From NCBI RefSeq assembly GCF_009914755.1, contig NC_060936.1: a DNA stretch of 64,000 nt. One strand, 5' to 3'. A program made the position numbers and the translations under genes. The number at the start of each line of letters is the position of its first letter. Positions within the stretch are counted from its first letter, which is position 1. This document shows, piece after piece, positions 60,863 through 64,000 of this stretch. Source of the stretch: the human T2T-CHM13v2.0 reference genome, Homo sapiens. The notes below the pieces were generated by a model. It was not told the DNA's origin. It ran no database searches and saw only the letters and a list, made by a program, of their open reading frames with translations.

Positions 60863-61711
60863 ATAACTACTTTAATATGATGGTCTCACATTCTATGGTG
60901 CTAAAATTCAACAAGGCTGATTCTATAGAGAATACTCTATTACAGCATGAACATTTTGTTTCAGGATTTCCTCTCAATAGGGAAAATTATTGAGTAATTA
61001 TCTCAAGACATTATTACTTGTTTAAGAGAGAGAGAGAGACAGACAGACAGAAGTGGGGCAAAAATCTATTCTAGAAATGACAGCAGAAGCCAGAAACAAC
61101 TATTGAAGCTAGAAATAAAATGTCATGACTTAAAAACACAGCCAGTCATGAACTCGGGGCAAAGAAAAAGTGCAGAGCAAAGGCAATTTTATTTCTTTAG
61201 AGAATGCTGATGGTGTGAAACTCTAAAGCATATGTCTAAGATTTCTTTTACGTAATTATTACACTCTAACTTAGCTTTAGTAAATATTGCCTTAAATATA
61301 TTCAATAAAATTTACAGAAATTTTTGGAATTCTTATGAAATGAAGGCATTATGTGCTTTCAATGATCTCAAAGTCCTAAATGAATATGAAGAGCAAACTC
61401 TGTTGAGAACTGGGTAATAGTTTCCTTGGTATTAAAAATTTATTTAGTTACACATCTTGCCATTTATTCAATCCCTTGATGTATTAAATTGATAAGATTG
61501 TCAGACAGATGAAACAGTTTGAGAAACAGGGTACTTTTATATTGAGTTTTGGAATATGAAATTAGGTGTAGTTTTCTACTGGTTCATATTCTAGTAATGA
61601 CTTATTTGAATAACTGACACCCAGTATTACCATCAACATGGTCATGGTCATGGAAAACTATCATGATTTAAGCTGGAATTAAAATTTGATTTCTTATATA
61701 ATTTTATGTAA

Positions 61712-61945
61712 TAAGCATAGTGACTAAGAGCAAAGGCTCTGGGACTAGACTCTCTCGACTACATGTCAACTTCATCACTCATTAGCAACTTTCTATACTC
61801 TCATTTTATCAGTCTTTTCACCTGTAGAAAATGAACCATAATGGTAACTGTGCCATGGAGATTTTGTGGAAATCAAATGAGTAATATAGGTTTAGAAGTT
61901 GCCTGGCATTCAGTAAGTGCTCAATCAGTGTTAGTAATTATTAAA
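61712..61945 (+). mobile_element. MIR
   Basis: agcatagtgactaagagcaaaggctctgg...cctggcattcagtaagtgctcaatcagtgttag. Confidence 0.75.
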
Positions 61946-62643
61946 TTTTAATTGATTTCTATATAGTACATGCTTTATATTATCAAATAATTATGTAATG
62001 CTAAAATTATTAATTTAGTGTCATTACCTTCACCAATTTAAAAATACATCTTTCTTTACTGCTAAAATCTGAAAATCGAATTGAATTCTACAATTATATA
62101 CATTTAAAACTCCGTGGTGAATTTTCACTTTGGCCCCACAATTTCAAAGAGAAAATTAGCCATTTTTTTCCCAACGAAATCCCATCTAACATGCATATCA
62201 AGATGCCATCTGTTGACTTTAAACGTTTTGTAAATACTCAGAGGAGAGAGAAGCATGTTCACTGTTCTGCTTTTATCAGAAATCTTCAAGAAAGCACTGC
62301 TTTGTAATAGTAAATGTTTTCATTGAACTTTTGATAGATTTTTTCCTTTGGTTTGACTTCGCTTCATAAATAGTTGCTTGGCTGCCTCAGTTACATAGTA
62401 GTGAAATGTAGTAAAAAAAAGACTTCTCCCTATAGGCTCATTTAAAAGCAATTAAACCCTTATTTCTGGATTAAACATTTCAATTTTTCTTTTCAAAAAT
62501 AAAGTATTAGGTGTTTTCTTCAAAATACGAAGGTGGTGTATCAATATAGTTATAAACAGTTTTTACAATTTGCCGTGCCTGCATTTTAATTTAAGTACTG
62601 GTTTCAGCACTTGTTACCATAAAATATAAATGGTAAAATAATG

Positions 62644-63816
62644 ATAATAAGAGCTATTATGACACACCCACAGCCAATATCATACTGAATGGGCAAAAGC
62701 TGGAAGCATTCCCTTCGAAAACCAGCACAAGACAAGCATGCCCTCTCTTACCACTCCTATTCATCATAGTATTGGAAGTTCTGGCCAGGGAGATCAGGCA
62801 AGAAAAAGAACTAAAGTTATTCAAATAGGAAGAGAGAAAGTCAAATTATCTCTGTTTGCAGATGACATGACTGCATATTTAGAACACACCATAATCTCAG
62901 CCCAAAAACTCCTTGAGCTGATAAGCAACTTCAGCAAAGTCTCAGGATACAAAATCCATGTGTAAAAATCACAAGCATTCCTATACACCAATAATAGACA
63001 AACAGAGAGCCGAGTCATGAGCAAACTCACATTCATAATTGCTAAAAAGAGAATAAAATATGTAGGAATATGATTTACAAGGGATGTGAAGGACCTCTTT
63101 AAGGAGAACTACAAACCACTGCTCAAGGAAATAAGACAGGACACAAACAAATGGAAAAACATTCCATGCTCATGGATAGGAAGAACCAATATCATGAAAA
63201 TGGCCATACTGCCCAAAGTAATTTATAGATTCAGTGCTATTCCCATCAAGCTACCATTGACTTTCTTCAAAGAATTAGAAAAAATTACTTTAAATTTCAT
63301 ATGGAACCAAAAAAGAGCACGCATAGCCAAGACAATCCTAAGCAAAAAAGAACAAAGCTGGAGGCATCACACTACCTGATTTCAAAGTATGCTACAAGAC
63401 TACAGCAGCAAAAACAGCATGGTACTGGTACCAAAACAGATATATAGACCAATGGAACAGAACAGAGGCCTCAGAAATAACATCACTCATCTACAACCAT
63501 CTGATCTTTGAAAAGCCTGACAGAAGCAAGCAATGGGGAAAGGACTCCCTATTTAATAATGGTGTTGGGAAAACTGGCTAGCCATATGCAGAAAACTGAA
63601 ACTGGACCCCTTCCTTACACCTTATACAAAAATTAACTCAAGATGGATTAAAGATTTAAATGGAAGACCTAAAACCATAAAAACCCTAGAAAACAACCCA
63701 GGCAATACCATTCAGGACATAGGCATGGGAAAGACTTCATGACTAAAACACCAAAAGTAAGGGCAACGAAAGTCAAAAATGACAAATGGGATCTAATTAA
63801 ACTAAAGAGCTTCTGT

Positions 63817-63847
<31 letters not shown>

Positions 63848-64000
63848 CACTATCATCAGAGTGAATAGGCAACCTACAGAATGGGAGGAGATTTTTTGCA
63901 ATCTACCCATTTGACAAAGGGCTCATATCCAGAATCTACAGGGAACTTAAACAAATTTACAAGAAAAAAACAAAAAACCCCATCAAAAATCAGGTGAAGG
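62644..64000 (+). mobile_element. 5'-truncated L1PA ORF2 segment running off the window
   Basis: [21 protein letters not shown]; frameshifted. Confidence 0.92.

Overview
Primate (human-like) genomic DNA, AT-rich, CpG-depleted and dominated by interspersed repeats; it looks intronic or intergenic, and no intact protein-coding gene can be supported. The most notable element is a complete ~2.45 kb PGBD3/MER85-family piggyBac transposon (15102-17551, minus strand) at a duplicated TTAA inside an L1MA. Its transposase is pseudogenised but keeps the full DDD catalytic set, the 3' splice acceptor and three 16-bp palindromes. The window also holds several L1 generations, four Alus, a near full-length Tigger2 plus Tigger2a, a 5'-truncated HERV-L, a full THE1C provirus, solo LTRs, MER6A and L2/MIR relics. 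Other points of interest are a pair of candidate small + strand exons near 57.1 and 58.9 kb and a duplicated MaLR-internal segment with G>A skew. Subfamily names come from recalled consensus sequences and were not checked against Dfam. Nothing here is demonstrably a new biological system.
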